44,930 nucleotides of DNA from Kofleriaceae bacterium (lineage in GTDB: Bacteria; Myxococcota_A; Polyangia; Haliangiales; Haliangiaceae): assembly GCA_046597055.1 (NCBI GenBank), contig JBKJLC010000141.1:1-44930 (forward strand), written 5' to 3'. Position numbers and translations under genes: made by a program. Shown here piece by piece: positions 41,528-44,930 of this stretch (position 1 is the stretch's first letter; the number at the start of each line of letters is the position of its first letter). The notes under the pieces are model-generated. The model saw nothing but the letters and a program-made list of their open reading frames with translations. It was not told where the DNA came from and ran no database searches.

Positions 41528-42282
41528 CCACGGCCGCGGCCAAGCTCGAGCTGCGCGACGTCAGCGTCCGGTTCGGGACCCGGCTGGTGCTCGACCGGGT
41601 CAACCTGACCGTCGCGCCGGGGGCCCGGCTCGGCGTGATCGGCCCGGCCGCCGCCGGCAAGAGCGTGCTGGTCAAGGTCATGGCCGGCCTGGTCGCGCCG
41701 ACCGCCGGCCGGGTGGTGATCGACGGGGACGACGTCACCGGCTGGAGCGAAGAGCGGATGGCGCCGGTGCGGTCGCGGATCGGCATGCTGTTCCAGAACT
41801 ACGCGCTCTACGACTTCCTCAGCGTCGGCGACAACGTCGGCTTTCCGCTGGTCCGGCGCGGCGAGCCGGCGCCCGAGATCGCCCGCCGGGTCGGCGAACG
41901 GCTGCGCGCGGTCGGCCTGGCCGGCAACGAGACCAAGCTGCCGTCGCAGCTGTCGGGTGGCATGAAGAAGCGCGTCGGGATCGCGCGCGCGACCATCGCC
42001 GCGCCCGAGCTGGTGCTGTACGACGAGCCGACCGCCGGCCTCGATCCGGTGACGACCTCGAAGATGTACGACCTGCTGCGCGCCGACCACGACCGCAGCC
42101 GGGCCACCGCGGTCGCGGTGTCGTCGGACGTCACCGCCCTGCTCGGCTTCGTCGAGACCGTGGTCTTCGTCTACCAGGGCCGCGCCCACTACCAGGGGGC
42201 CGCCGCGACCCTCGCCGACGCACCCGATCCGGTGGTGCGCCAGTTCGTCCGGGGCGCGCTCGATGGACCGCTGGTAGGCTAG
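41524..42282 (+). CDS. mlaF: MlaF/Mkl-like ABC ATP-binding protein 1 (degenerate Walker A and H-loop)
   Basis: [39 protein letters not shown] where SHD is expected. TTGA overlap with the upstream gene. Confidence 0.88.
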   Translation: MTTAAAKLELRDVSVRFGTRLVLDRVNLTVAPGARLGVIGPAAAGKSVLVKVMAGLVAPTAGRVVIDGDDVTGWSEERMAPVRSRIGMLFQNYALYDFLSVGDNVGFPLVRRGEPAPEIARRVGERLRAVGLAGNETKLPSQLSGGMKKRVGIARATIAAPELVLYDEPTAGLDPVTTSKMYDLLRADHDRSRATAVAVSSDVTALLGFVETVVFVYQGRAHYQGAAATLADAPDPVVRQFVRGALDGPLVG

Positions 42283-42291
42283 CGTCCCTCC

Positions 42292-43921
<1,630 letters not shown>

Positions 43922-43925
<4 letters not shown>

Positions 43926-44692
43926 GCGGCGGCGCTGCGTACATCGAGTTCCGCGACGTCCACAAGGCGTTCGACGGCAAGCCGGTGCTGCGCGGCATGA
44001 CCCTGGCGGTCGCGCGCGGCGAGATCCTGTTCATCATCGGGACCTCCGGCGTCGGCAAGTCGGTGACGATCAAGCACCTGGTCGGCTTCCTCCAGGTCGA
44101 CGCCGGCGAGATCTGGTTCGACGGCAAGCGCGTCGATCAGCTCGACGAGCACGGCTTCTACCCGGTGCGGCGCCGGATCGGCATGGTCTTCCAGAACGCG
44201 ACCCTGTTCGACTCGATGACGCTGGTCGAGAACGTCGCGCTGCCGCTGCGCAAGCACGGCAAGATGCGCCAGGCCGCCGCGCTCGGCCACGCGATGGGCC
44301 TGCTCGAGCGGGTCCACATGGGCGCCTTCTCCGACCGGTACCCGGCCGAGCTGTCCGACGGCATGCGCAAGCGGGCCGCGATCGCGCGGACGCTCACGAT
44401 GGAGCCCGAGGTCGTGCTGTTCGACGAACCCACGACCGGGCTCGATCCCGTGAACGCCCGGCGGATCGACGGCCTGATCCAGGAGCTGTCGAAGACCATG
44501 GGTGTGACGGCCGTGGTGGTCAGCCATGATCTGACGTCGATCTTCACGATCGCGGACCGGGTGGCGTTTCTGTACGAGGGCCGGGTGCATGCGGTGGGGA
44601 CGCCGGCCGAGCTGCAGGCGAGTCCGGATCCGGTGGTGCAGCAGTTCATCACCGGGCAGTCGCACGGGCCGATGGTCACGCCCGGGTTCTGA
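43922..44692 (+). CDS. mlaF: MlaF/Mkl-like ABC ATP-binding protein 2 (degenerate signature)
   Basis: [44 protein letters not shown] overlap. Confidence 0.92.
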
Positions 44693-44724
44693 TCTGCTCC
44701 GAGGCTTCGCGCAGGGGTTGGGGT

Positions 44725-44772
44725 GGCGGCAGCGGCAGCGGCAGCGGCAGCGGCAACGGCAGCGGCGGCGGT
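44725..44772. repeat. intergenic (GGCAGC)n hexamer repeat, about 6 units
   Basis: Seen directly, downstream of the mlaF2 stop. Confidence 0.85.
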
Positions 44773-44930
44773 AGGCCCGGTTCTATGGGTGACTGGCTTC
44801 TGGAGCGAGGCATGCCTGCCGGGGGGCTGGGGGGCGCCTTCGCCGCGCGCCGCGCACGGCCCGTGCCACGCGCCCGCGGAGGCGGTGGTGCATGGGGCGC
44901 CGCCGTTGGCACGTGACGCCGAGAGCACCA

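Overview
Very GC-rich bacterial chromosomal segment. Gene content (FHA-sigma54 activator, Ser/Thr kinase-TPR, PPC lipoprotein, many TPR lipoproteins, ENSVLFSL coiled-coil protein) suggests a myxobacterium (Myxococcota, possibly Kofleriaceae/Haliangiales-like; inference). It carries about 45 CDS, including housekeeping genes fabZ, tmk, lysC, tdk and ltaE, plus tRNA-Cys. No CRISPR array, rRNA, transposase or integrase was seen. The most notable items are: (1) a translationally coupled 4-gene operon at 20980-25886 encoding a 15-heme lipoprotein cytochrome c, a probable outer-membrane beta-barrel, an 18-heme periplasmic cytochrome of six c7-like triheme repeats, and a small membrane protein, i.e. 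a candidate new porin-cytochrome electron conduit; (2) an mlaF-mlaE-mlaE-mlaF ABC operon whose two ATPases carry complementary defects predicting one dead and one active ATP site; (3) an unannotated ~185-nt structured RNA candidate with its own promoter-like and terminator signals, next to a 58-aa gene missed by the ORF track that has a sigma54-type promoter; (4) a CTAG-bounded 127-bp palindromic MITE/REP-like element; (5) a recurrent leaderless-promoter signature; (6) an accessory sigma54/kinase/secreted-protein module next to tRNA-Cys. All calls come from manual reading; no database search was run.
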